A stretch of 64,000 nt of DNA, taken from Podarcis liolepis. Its lineage: Eukaryota. The notes beneath the pieces are model-generated. The model was not told the DNA's origin. It ran no database searches and saw only the letters and a list, made by a program, of their open reading frames with translations. Position numbers and translations under genes: made by a program. Where the stretch lies: assembly GCA_965112155.1 (NCBI GenBank), contig OZ218107.1. The stretch is one strand, 5' to 3'. This document shows positions 27,205-38,951 of this stretch, one piece after another (the first letter of the stretch is position 1; each line of letters begins with the position of its first letter).

Positions 27205-27337
27205 ATGGAGCGTTTCTTGGGCTTTGTCAAGCAGATAAGAAGATCGAGGAGAAGAAAAGGCAAAAAGTACCGGCCAGAGGAGGATTATCATGAGGGTTAT
27301 GAGGATGTCTATTATTACGCCTCGGAACACTTTCCAA
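27205..27337 (+). CDS. GRIP1: First coding exon (44 codons + 1 nt, phase 1) MERFLGFVKQIRRSRRRKGKKYRPEEDYHEGYEDVYYYASEHFP; probably an alternative N-terminal exon of glutamate receptor-interacting protein 1
   Basis: Strong Kozak context (GAGATGG), in-frame upstream stop TGA at 27181-83, protein-like composition with retained CpGs, and a canonical donor CAA|GTAAGC at 27338. The GRIP1 call rests on recall that GRIP1 has several alternative phase-1 first exons separated by very large introns, one of them 133 coding nt long. Exon status is more certain than the gene name. Confidence 0.62.
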
Positions 27338-30201
27338 GTAAGCACTGTATAAATGTATTTTCTGTTGCTGTGACAAATGTCCACTATTGCATTTAGGCAC
27401 GAAATGCTAATGCAGACCAGAATACTACTGTATTTCACGCAGGTATTAAAGCATTTCAGAAACACTGTTGATTTCTGCATAGATGTACCGGCAGATTTTT
27501 ATTTTTTAAAAAAAGCTCTTATGATCTTGTAGGATGAAAGAAAGGCAGGGTTCAAAGCCATGGTTAATATTTCAGGTGCAGTTAATTGATTTCTGTTGTT
27601 GCAAGCCTTTTATTAAAGCACTTTAAGCTGTAAACTGATATTGCAGACCTTTTCTAATAGTGCACGTGTACAGTATGTCTGCATCTCTCTCTCTCTCTCT
27701 CTCTCTTTTGATGTGTGTGTATTTTCAATATATATTATGTGTGTGTCTGCGCGCGCACACACACACACATACATACACACCCCAGCAATTTTAAAGTACC
27801 ATTTATGGTAGTTGCACTCATGCATAAATTTAGAAGTTGAAGTTAAACATAAAGGTTGTTGAATGCAAGTCAGCCCTTTGTAGATACGTTTTTGCTTCAT
27901 TCTTTCTAGGAGAAAGTAGCTCAAGTTTATTTTCTCTGGTGCTGGTTGAAAAATTAACTAATTATGTTGCCAGTTTATTCTGTCGCCAAGTGTCTGCAGC
28001 TGCAGTTTATAACAAGGCAACAAAATCATGCTTAGGATCTGTGCGAAATTGTATTTGAAAAATGTAATGTGCTCAAAATATTCTCTGTACCTGTAAGCTC
28101 TCTGAGTTCATGCTTTGTCTTGTACCTATCCCAAAGGATTGGAGATGCCCAGAAGTGCCTGAGGGAACAATGGGTTGGGGAGCTACATGTAGGCATTGCT
28201 GAGTCTATTATGCCATGCTTTAAGCTGAAGGTGTTGACAATATAAGCAGCCAGGCACAAACAGATGTATAACATGGTGCTATTAATTTAAAATATTTGCA
28301 GCGAATAGTTTCCTGTCTACTGCATCCTGAGCATTTATCATTTAAAAAGACATAACAATTATATTTTAATTTAAACAACTGTGTGTTTTAAGTAGAGTGG
28401 CTATAATCTAATGCATAGTGTGCTGTAGCATATCTCCCTTTCCTTGGAGGAAAAAAAAAGTTAAATTGCAATTTTGGAAATGTACATGGCTGTGCCAGTG
28501 AAAAATGATTTAACATCTAACCATTTCTCTTTTGCAGACATTTATTTTGTAGAATATTTATTGTGCACTTTGTGGAGTGGAGTGGAGTTAACCATATCTG
28601 CTAAAAACCCAAATGTAGACTTTAATTTTTACAACATGAGGATTAAGTAATTTGATCCTAATTTTGATTCTCTATGCCCAGTGTCCGCCTATATTTCAAG
28701 CAAGAATTTCATAGTAGCATCAGATACGAAACCTTAGTCAAACTAACCTGCATATTACTGTACAAAATGAACATGATTAAAATAGCAACTTTGGCAACTT
28801 TGGTCCTTGTTCCACTTTCCAGACCATGCAACTAATCAAACAAGGTTTCCCCTTGAATAATGCACTTCAATAGAAATTAAAGGAAAGCAAAGGATACAAA
28901 TGGGTAAGACAAAATTCTGTGAAAAATGGCACTGAGCAAGGGTGTGAATAGAGTTGTCCTATAAGGATGTCTCATTGTCCACCTAGAATGAAATGATAGA
29001 CTCTTCTCTGGATGTTCCAGCCTCCCAAGGTATATCAGATAGTAATTTCATGCTGGTGTTTTACAGCTGGTAGTGTTTAGTCTCTCAAAAACTTGGAAAA
29101 CACTTTTGCCATTTACCATAGATTATATTACTACCAGTAGAGTAGCTGCTTCACCTTCAGATATACTGATCATGTATGGTGTTGGGAATGCCTTCTGGTT
29201 TCAAAGTTGGAAGAAAAAGCTGCTTAATAAAGAAATAAAATTCCAACAGATAACCTATAGGCACCTGGTTATCAGTGGTTTGGGAGTTGTTGTACCAGTA
29301 GCATCTCTTATAATTTCTTTTTTCGCAATTTTTGTCTGATCTTGGAGTGCATGACTTGCGCTGCTCTAGTGACTAGAAAAGTGGAACACATAGTAATTGC
29401 TGCAGAAGGGTGTCCTATGGAGTGTTGCTGTTTCTCAAACTTGCAGTTGTCTGTATTATCATTAAGTGTGGCTACTTTGACCTCTTGGTAGCTATTGCTT
29501 TCTATATGTGAAGCAAACCATCTTTCGTCTTTTGTTGTTGTTGAATGGAAGTTCCAAAGTAATTTTTAAAAGTGGGGGAAGATTTTCAAAGAAACATAAT
29601 AGCAATACACCTACATTCCTTTGTTATACTTAGTAAATTGGGTGCTTCTGTTGGAAATATTTCTGTTAAATTCTTTGACCTTTCCCCCTATTCCCACCCC
29701 CCATCCTGTTGGGAGTTCTGCATAAAGGCACTTGTAGGAAAGTACAGCCATGTATATCTGAGTATGAAGTGTTAGGGCTTCATTAGAAGTAAACCCAGGA
29801 AGAGACAACAGCACAGAAACAATAACTAGTAGAATGAATTGTCTTAGGCAAAAAGTGGCCATACATGTTTAATACCTCCGGGCACGACTGCATATTGCAC
29901 CATGCAAGCATATAATTTGATATTGGATCCATGATGTAGCATCTGAAGAATCTAAGTTTAAATTGTTCAAAGTATCTAACTTAAAGATGGCATTTCTAAA
30001 CTAAAGATGAAAAATATTTTGAAGAGCTTGCAGTCATGAAGAAACTTGGAGAAGACATTTGCTGCTGCTGTTCCCACTCCAGTTAGCAGTAGGCTGAAGA
30101 GGAAGATGTGTTCCCAGCCCCTTTAACCTTGCTTTATGTCAAATTTACAGTAGCTGGGAGGAAGGAGGGGTATGCTTCTCCTTTCATTTGGAGCTCTAGA
30201 A

Positions 30202-30311
30202 CAGGAACATGTGGCCCTCCTTATGTTGTTGGACTACAACTCCCAGAACCATTGCCCGTTGGCCATGTTGGCTGTTGAAGTCCAGCAATAACTGGACAGC
30301 CACAGGTACCC
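30202..30311. mobile_element. Palindromic MITE (family of 8-147)
   Basis: TGTGGC..TCC...TTGTTGGACT.CAAC / GTTG.AGTCCAGCAA...GGA..GCCACA inverted arms. Confidence 0.55.
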
Positions 30312-30593
30312 TAGAATATTCCACAGTGGGCCAAATGAATAATATATATATTACAGATAAGCTGCTTATTTTTCAGAGCCCATAACCACAGACATTGCAG
30401 CAGTGTCTTCGTAGGGATTTCATGATTGTGCCAGCATAATTTTCAGTATATGCAATAACAGTTCAGTACTAACTTCTGGATAGTTACTGCTGCTGTCTTA
30501 GCAAATGTATTGTGGTGTTCTCCAATAGATATAAGGGAACACTGCAAGGAGAAAAATTTTAACACCTGAAATTACTATTAGTAGCTTTAAAAT

Positions 30594-30684
30594 CAAACTG
30601 CGAGAGGCAGCGGAAGACAGGAGTGCCTGGCATGCTCTGGTCCATGGAGTCACAAAGAGTCGGACACAACTAAACAACAACAAA
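30594..30684 (+). mobile_element. Bov-B (RTE) LINE extreme 3' fragment
   Basis: Bov-B 3' end with (CAA)n tail. 11-bp TSD AGCTTTAAAAT at 30583-30593 and 30685-30695. Confidence 0.9.
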
Positions 30685-31887
30685 AGCTTTAAAATGTTAA
30701 GTTTGCAAAGGCACCCGTAACTGAGTTACATACTATTGATTCCTGTGCTCTGTGCAGATGCCATTTTATGACACTTTAAACCCTCACACACTTGGCTTCT
30801 GCAAGTTTAGCAGTGACACCCACATGTTATAATCACTTCTCCCAAACTGTTCCTCAGTCCAGCTGTTGAAAAGCCTTTCCACGGATAGTCTCAAAAATCT
30901 TGTGTGGCAGGAGATAAAAATGTGAATAATTTTATTAATAGTTTTGACAAAAATGAGCATTTGGGATGAGCAATTCATTTGAAAAAGACTGAATGAATAT
31001 ATAGATATATATAAGAGGCTGAGCAGGCTAGGTTAGTTACTATTTCTTCTTTTAATCTGTTGTCAAATTTGTATCCCATCCTTCCTCCAAGCCGGTTGCC
31101 CCATCTTAACCTTGCAACAATCCCATTGGAGAATAAGTCAAGCAAGGATGTGAATCAAGGTTTCCATAGCTGATAAGCCCAGCAGTGTTGTTTGTATTTT
31201 CAGTGAGAAAGGAACAGTTGGCTGAACCTGACACTTATTGATTGAGTAGCTGTAGATAATCATAGACTCAAAAAGTGGAATATATTTGCAAGCTATTTAT
31301 TTTAGTTCCCTGCTGTAATGCAATTCAGAATCCTGTGCAACTGGGAATCAATGCTATCCAGCTTTGAATTATGGGAATCTAACAGGTAGGGCCATTTAAT
31401 TCTGTTGGCACTCAAGATCCCAAAATGACTACCTCTGCAGAATGAAACAGGTAAGCAGAATCAGGGGAAGAGCAGGTAGGTGGCTGCCAGGCACACCTGT
31501 TACCTCTTACTTACTAATACAGGGATTGAAAACTATTTCCTATAAGGGGCCATTATAGGCCACTGTTGGGGGTGGGGAGTCATTCTGTGGCGTCAGCCAA
31601 TGTTGCGGGGGATGGGGTAGGCAGAGCCAAATGTATGTGGAGTTTGTAGCATTGCAGGATTAAGTAGTTTTCTCTCTATCTCTTGTGCTCTGTTCTTGCC
31701 TCTGTGCTACCTCATCTATGTGGGCTGCATGAAATTAAGACAAGGGTTGCAGGTTCCCCACCCCACAAAAGAGTTTCAAATGAGAAAAGAGGGTAACCTG
31801 CCCAGCCATGTTATGCTTTGATGGCCTCCCTGTCTGAAATTAGCATTTGTTCAAGAAAACCTATAGTCTTATTGCTGTGATCCTGTG

Positions 31888-32243
31888 TATGGTGCTGGAG
31901 GAGACTCTTGAGAGTCCCATGGACTGCAAGAAAATCAAACCTCTCCATTCTGAAGGAAATCAGCCCTGAGTGCTCACTGGAAGGACAGATCCTGAAGCTG
32001 AGGCCCCAATACTTTGGCCACCTCATGAGAAGACTCCCTGGAAAAGACCCTGATGTTGGGAAAGATGGAGGGCACAAGGAGAAGGGGACGACAGAGGACG
32101 AGATGGTTGGATAGTGTTCTCAAAGCTACCAGCATGAGTTTGAGCAAACTGCGGGAGGCAATGGAAGACAGGAGTGCCTGGCGTGTTCTGGTCTATGGGG
32201 TCACGAAGAGTCGGACACGACTAAACGACTAAACAACAACAAC
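31888..32243 (+). mobile_element. Bov-B (RTE) LINE 3' fragment
   Basis: Encodes WCWRRLLRVPWTARKSNLSILKEISPECSLEGQILKL and ends in a (CAA)n tail. Confidence 0.95.
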
Positions 32244-34238
32244 ATTTGGCTAGCTGCCCATGCACTTGCACTGGTGCCTGCCCTGGTCTTTCCTCTATCC
32301 CCTACCCCACAGCCCAATCTTCTGAGCAGCATTGGGCAGCTGAGCTACAGCTACAGCTGCCATTCAAATTCCCCTTGCTCTGCAACATTGAAGTACATTT
32401 AAATAGCAGCTAGACTCACCTGTTTGGAGCGCTGGCTGCCCGCCACTGCTGGGTAAACTCACCAGTTTCCAGTAATAAAGGCATAAGGGCAAAAAGGGTG
32501 GTGACTCATCAAGAGCAGCTAACCCCATCTTAAAACCCCTGAGCTTGAGCCCACTTTCCCCTTTTGCCTGGTATCAGCATACTGTGGCTTGACCCCACTG
32601 CTGCAGTCCACAGGAGAGAGAGAGAGAGAGTCACCTTTTTTCAAGCAATTTCCTATAGAAGTGTCCAGGCAGGTCACCAAGAGACACTATTGCTCTAAAT
32701 GAGTTTTGTTCCTTGAAACTGGCCAATCGGGACCCAATTATTTCCTTCAATTTTCAAAGAATGATTTGTTCAGGACCAACTCCCACAACGAATCTACTGC
32801 AAGCACTTCAAAACACACACACACACATACACCAGTTTTATGCTGATTGGTGTACTTGCACCAATCAGAATTCATTCAGGCAGGATTCTTTCAACCGATC
32901 ACATACCCTCTGCAGTCTGTTCTGAGAGAAGCATTGCACTTCAGAGGCCGGGAGGGAAGCAGTAGGCAGGCAGGCGGTGTTGCTGTGGTTTCAGGCAGGG
33001 GCAGGGAAGCATGACAAGATAGAAAAGGACTTCCTTTTCTGCAGTGCAGAGCAAAAAAGCTCACTCCACATCCCATAACCTCTCTATGTCTATATCTTCC
33101 CAACCCTTTGTCTTGCTCCCCCGCCCCACCTTCCACTCAGACCTTATTGTTTCTTGATCTCCCAGACCCTAGACTTCTTCTTTTCCCTCAGTGTTATTCA
33201 TCTCTTCTGGTCCTTGCTGTATTTCTTTCTCCTCCATCCTTTAACCCCTGTGTTTCTTCAACCTCCCAAGCCCACAGTCTTGTGCTGGTGTCAAATTTGT
33301 GTTGCCTATTGTGACCTCTGGCTCTGCCTACTCCTAGTTTCACCTTCCCTTAGCTGCCCACCAGACCCAGGCGGCATCTGCAGCCACAGGATGGAGAAGG
33401 GGGCTCACCTGAGAGCATTTTGCCCACTCAGCCCACTCAGATTTGGAACTGGCCCTGGCAAGTTACTCTCTTGCATGAACTCGTATATGATCACAGTGCA
33501 TTAGCTTAAATTTAAAAGCAGTGTCTTAGATACTGAACACTATAATTGAGAAAACAAAGCAGACTGTGGGAGGGACACGGCACCATGCCAGCAACAGCTA
33601 TCCTGGTTTTCTGAAACGCATTCCTGAGCATGCCAGTCTTCTGAACTGATATGTAGAAGTTGCATTGATGGTAGTGTGATGTCGGGAGCCCAAGTGTTTT
33701 ATAGAGCTTACAAAACAGTATCTATTAATAGTTAAAAGGCTGAATAGGCTTCTATACATGCCACTATATATGATGTGTCAAGGGTTTTAAGAACTAGAAA
33801 TGTGTCATCTTTTGAACATTTTCAGTAGAGAAGCTTCTTTCTGAAGGATGATGACATTAAAGTAGCTGAGTTTGGCAAATGAAAGCTTAGAGGTATATTT
33901 CTGGTATATCATTATTATACTGTCTGAACAGGACCCAAACTTGGATTATTTCTTCACTATTTAGGCAGGGTTTCAGTAGTCCACAAGAACAGAGCTCCTG
34001 GGATATTGCAACATTCTTCAGGATGTTAAGAGAAGGAATTATCCAGAAAACTGGAGAAAAATATCATCACTGCCACTCCCTAGTACTTTCCTTTTACTGT
34101 TTCCTGCTTTCTGTAGGATAGACATGAAGCAGCCAGTTGTGAACCATCTAGGGTAGTGGGAAGGCTTTGCCCCACAAAGCTGTATTTAAGCAAGGGATGG
34201 CAAGTTCCTTGGAGTTTAACAAGACCCACATTAGTAGT

Positions 34239-34591
34239 GTAAAGGTAAAGGGACCCCTGACCATTAGGTCCAGTCGTGACCGACTCTGGGGTTGTGGTGC
34301 TCATCTCGCTTTACTGGCCGAGGGAGCCAGCGTACAGCTTCTGGGTCATGCGGCCAGCATGACTAAGCCGCTTCTGACGAACCAGAGCAGCGCACTGAAA
34401 CGCCGTTTACCTTCCCGCCGGAGCGGTTCCTATTTATCTATTTGCACTTTGACGTGCTTTCAAACTGCTAGGTTGGCAGGAGCAGGGACCGAGCAACGGG
34501 AGCTCACCCTGTTGCAGGGATTTGAACCGCCGACTTTCTGATCAGCAAGTCCTAGGCTCTGTGGTTTAACCCACAGCGCCACCCGCAATCC
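34239..34591 (-). mobile_element. Sauria (POM/Squam1) SINE, full length
   Basis: Reverse complement of the 13294 and 52582 elements, with an (ACCTTT)-type tail at the left end. Confidence 0.9.
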
Positions 34592-35799
34592 AGAGTAAAT
34601 AATACGGTTCTCTCCAAATGTTGATGGACTCCAGCTCCCATCAAGCCCATCCCACATGGCCAACGATCAGAGATAATAGGAGTTGTAGTCCAGCAACACC
34701 TGGAGAGCACAACATTGCCTACCTCTAGATGAGCTATTGGGTTTCTTACTATTAATTCTGATCTTGCATTTATGTTAATATATATTAGGTGTGATTGTAT
34801 AATTTCATCTTCTTCACCTTAATCCTATTGGTTTGAAATGTTTTGTTACATTTTTTAAAAAATATGACGGTGTATTTTGATATTTATTTGATATCTAGGC
34901 TGTCCACCACAGAAGAGTGGCATATAAATAAACTAAACATTGGCTAGTACTGCTGAAGCTCTGTTAAGCTAGGATATCTTCTGGTATAACTTCACTTTAC
35001 CTATCCTGCTCTTTTCTTGTCTGTTGAATATCTGGATTGATCAATGAATGTTGGAACTGCATTAAATGTGAACAGGATAGCCCCTGATGCTGTGGCTCTT
35101 CATTTATACAGCACTTCAATGCGAACAGTGCCTCATTGTTTTCTGACAACAATCTTACGGGGTTAACTAGTAGTATTCTCTTTCCTTTTATTGATGGGGA
35201 GTGCATAATTAATGGTGAATCTGCAAAGATCAATACATGCCTTTTTGTTGTGAGTTACTTGTGTTTAAAAGTACAAGACACTGCACCAAATCTCCAGGTT
35301 GGCTTTTCCACCAGGCAGAGTGAGGCAGCCATCTCAAGTAGCAGATTTTGGGTGTCATGAAAGGGCAGCAAGTAGTTAGTTATTCGTTTATAATCATTGT
35401 AGTTTTCCTGTGTGGTAGGGGAAGAGGTGCTTGTAGGACTTTCTGCCTCAGATGTCAAAATAACTTAGCTGGCCTTGGGTATTATGTATCTTGACTTGTG
35501 GGAGGGTGCACCATTTGCAGTTCTTCCTTGGGCAGAAAAATGACTTGACCTAGTCCTGCCAGATTTATTTTTAAACACACATCCTCTCCATAATGAAACA
35601 CGGTGCTTCTCACGCCTTCCACCACTATTGCAAATGGCCTGTTTCAGCATGAACTTCCTCACAGATGAAAAGATGGGGTGCCTGGTGCTGCCTGGGCCAT
35701 GCAGAGATTGACGTTACCAGGATGTATCTGTGCATATTTGGTTATGCATGTCTTTATCATCATGTTCACCTCTGGCATTCCTCAGTAGGATCTGAGGTT

Positions 35800-36256
35800 G
35801 TTGTTGTTGTTTAGTCATTTAGTCATGTCCGACTCTTTGTGACCCCATGGACCAGAACACACCAGGCACTCCTGTCTTCCACTGCCTCCCGCAGTTTGGT
35901 CAAACTCATGCTGGTAGCTTCAAGAACACTGTCCAACCATCTCGTCCTCTGTCGTCCCCTTCTCCTTGTGCCCTCCATCTTTCCCAACATCAGGGCCTTT
36001 TCCAGGAAGTCTTCTCTTCTCATGAGGTGGCCAAAGTATTGGAGCCTCAGCTTCACAATCTGTCCATCCAGTGAGCACTCAGGGCTGATTTCCTTAAGAA
36101 TGGAGAGGTTTGATCTTCTTGCAGTCCTTGAGACTCTCAAGAGTCTCCTCCAGCACCGTAATTAAAAAGCATCAATTCTTTGGAGATCAGCCTTCTTTAA
36201 GGTCCAGCTCTCACTTCCATACATCACTACTGGGAAAACCATAGCTTTAACTATAC
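35800..36256 (-). mobile_element. Bov-B (RTE) LINE 3' fragment
   Basis: Bov-B ORF C-terminus and (TTG)n tail. 12-bp TSD GGATCTGAGGTT at 35788-35799 and 36257-36268. Confidence 0.95.
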
Positions 36257-37236
36257 GGATCTGAGGTTAGGCACCTGTAAAATGTGGTTTTGAAGAGTTG
36301 CATTCTCAGTTTCTCATATGCAATCCAATATATACAGTCAGAAAAAAGGCCCAGAAGGTGCTAGTTGTGTGATAGTGACCCGGGGAAAGTATTCATGGAG
36401 TTGTAGGGGCCAAAACTAAGCCTACAGGAGAGGGTCACACAGTGTTTTTGCCCCTGAGGGCCACGTGAGATGAAGGTACATCAGCAGTCATTGGGATAAA
36501 TGCCAGTAGATCTGACAGGGCCTGGGCTGACGGGTGGAGTAGAAGCCATTCACATGCACAGGCAGAATGTGCAAGGTAGGAATGACTGTTCATCACTCTA
36601 ACTTTCAGGTCCCCAAACAGTTGTTGGGGGTGGCTGAAAGGAGCACAATTTACATGGGGCAGATGGTTGTGGGCTTAAAGGAGCGTGAATTTCTCAGGAA
36701 GGCAGCAAAAGGAATTGGTGGAGGGGCGCAGCTTCAGCACCTGTGTGACTGCATTGAAGGCTTCCCAGGGCCACATGCAGTCCAGAGGGTCTAGTATTTT
36801 ATGTGTGGATATAATGGGACAAAGGGAAAGGTCTCAGTCTAAGATTATGACTTAGGCTGAAATTCTAGCCCCCACTCCTTACAGTAGAGTGGTGGAGCCC
36901 CTACTGCATTGGCATCATGGCTGCTCAAGGTAGCTGTTGTGGAAGGTGTGGGGCTGGGCCATCAAACTTTATCATTGAACTAGGTCCAGGCTGGCACAGA
37001 ATATGGGTCCAGATTGGGGGTGCTGATGGCATTACCTGATGGCAGTGAGACTGGCTCAGGACACAACAGATCACAAACCAGTTCACCTTTCGGGGCTTTC
37101 CACCAGGCTCTGCTGGCAGGGATATTGCTACTGGGCTTCTACTCACCACAACTTTCAGCAGGCTTAGAGGAGGGAGACCATTTATCAACCCACGCATCCC
37201 TGCCCAGAAGGGTTTTTGGATTGCTCTGCAAATTAA

Positions 37237-37242
<6 letters not shown>

Positions 37243-37315
<73 letters not shown>
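37243..37315. repeat. Compound (CT)n(CA)n microsatellite
   Basis: Directly visible. Confidence 0.95.
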
Positions 37316-37316
<1 letters not shown>

Positions 37317-38396
37317 AATAAAGACATAAACCCTAGTTTATCTAGTTCACATTTGATGTTAGGCTACATTGGTACTATGTACACACAAGTCAGTCAGTCG
37401 GAATTATTTCTCAAAAACAGCAGACAAAGATCACAGGTGTAAAGTAAAGTAGCACAGTGGCATCTAAGCCATATTGCGCCACACACCAGATGACAGTTCA
37501 AGCAGCTGTCTCTTCACTTCCATTCAGGTCATGCGTAAAATTGTCTTCCTGTAGCAGCCAGCCTCTTCAGTTCCCAAGGTCTTAAAAAGGCGGAGGACAA
37601 CCAGCCTATTGTCTTTCTGAATGTGAAGAAAGCAAATTAATATCTTCAGTCAGAGAACACAGGGATGAAAACGTGCCTCTGGACCATACTACTTGAGACT
37701 GGAGCTTTCGTGATTGAATGCTCCTCCATACAAACCTTTCTCCTGCACACAGGAAACAGCACGTCAGGGAGAAGAGTTGATGGGAAATATTTACTGGAAG
37801 GCCACTGACTCACATGAGTCTGTGCCTGTGTTCTGAACTGGTACAGCCCTGAACTATGCCTTCCCCAGCTGCTTAGGAGATCTAGGCTTCTGGTGTGCCC
37901 TTATTACAAACTTGTTGAAATACAAGTGGGCAGCCATTTGCATGTACCCTTTATGAGATTTGTCTGAGTCCTGCTCAATTCAACTTTGTTATGCGGTAAA
38001 CTTCCTTGAGCCCCCACGAGAGGAAGGATAGCATTGAAATATAATAAATAAAAACTCTTCAGCATTTGCAATGTTTCACTTGTTAATTTCCAATGTGATT
38101 GACCTTTAAGACAATGGTGCTTTCAACGGCAAAATAGTTAATGTAATAGCGAAGTATATTCCTGATGGTGAGAAGGAAACACGTTAGGACAAAATAGAAT
38201 TAAAAACGTGCAAGGAGGGGTAGGGGAGACGCGTGAACTGCACTGATCAGCATGCATTAGAGAACTAAGTTGAAGGGAGGAGAGTTTTTGAAGGTGTTTA
38301 AATGCTCTTTTAAACACCAGCAGATAGAGCTTGTTCTTAGGATGAAATAGAGTGTTGATGAAGGCCAAAATATATGTACTCACTGCTTTTTCACAA

Positions 38397-38951
38397 CTAG
38401 AATTAGAAGGGACCCAACGGTCATCTAATCCAACCCCCTGCAATGCAGGAATCTCAGCTAAAGCATCCATGACTGATGGCCATCCAACCTCTGCTTAAAA
38501 ACCTCCAAGTAAGTAGAGTCCACAACCTCCTGAGGGAGACCGTTCCACTGTCGAACGGCTCTTACTGTCAGAAAGTTTTTCTGTATGTCTAGTTGGAATC
38601 TCCTTTCCTGCAACTTGAAGCCATTAGTTTGAGTCCAACCTTCCAGAGCAGGAGAAAGCAAGCTTGCTCCATCCTCTATGCGACAGCCCTTTAGATATTT
38701 GAAGATGGCTATCATATCTCCCCTCAGTCTCCCTTTTCTCCAGGCTGAATATACCCAGCTCCTTCGACCATTCTTCATAAGGCTTGGCTTCTAGACCCCT
38801 GATCATCCTAGCTACCCTCCTCTGCACACATTCCAGCTTTCAAAATTAAAAAAATCCTTTTAAAATTGTGATGCCCAGAACTGGACACAGTATTCCAGGT
38901 GTGGTCTGACTAAGGCAGAATAGAGTGGTACTATGACTTCCCTTGATCTGA
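38397..38951 (-). mobile_element. CR1 LINE 3' fragment
   Basis: Translations QRRVARMIRGLEAKPYEE..KELGIFSLEKR and RLRGDMIAIFKYLKG...NGFKLQERRF...VFKQRLD. Confidence 0.92.

Noticed and set aside
27338-27396. Remainder of the 63-aa ORF 27205-27396
   Set aside because: It lies beyond a canonical GTAAGC donor and loses coding character, so it is intronic read-through.
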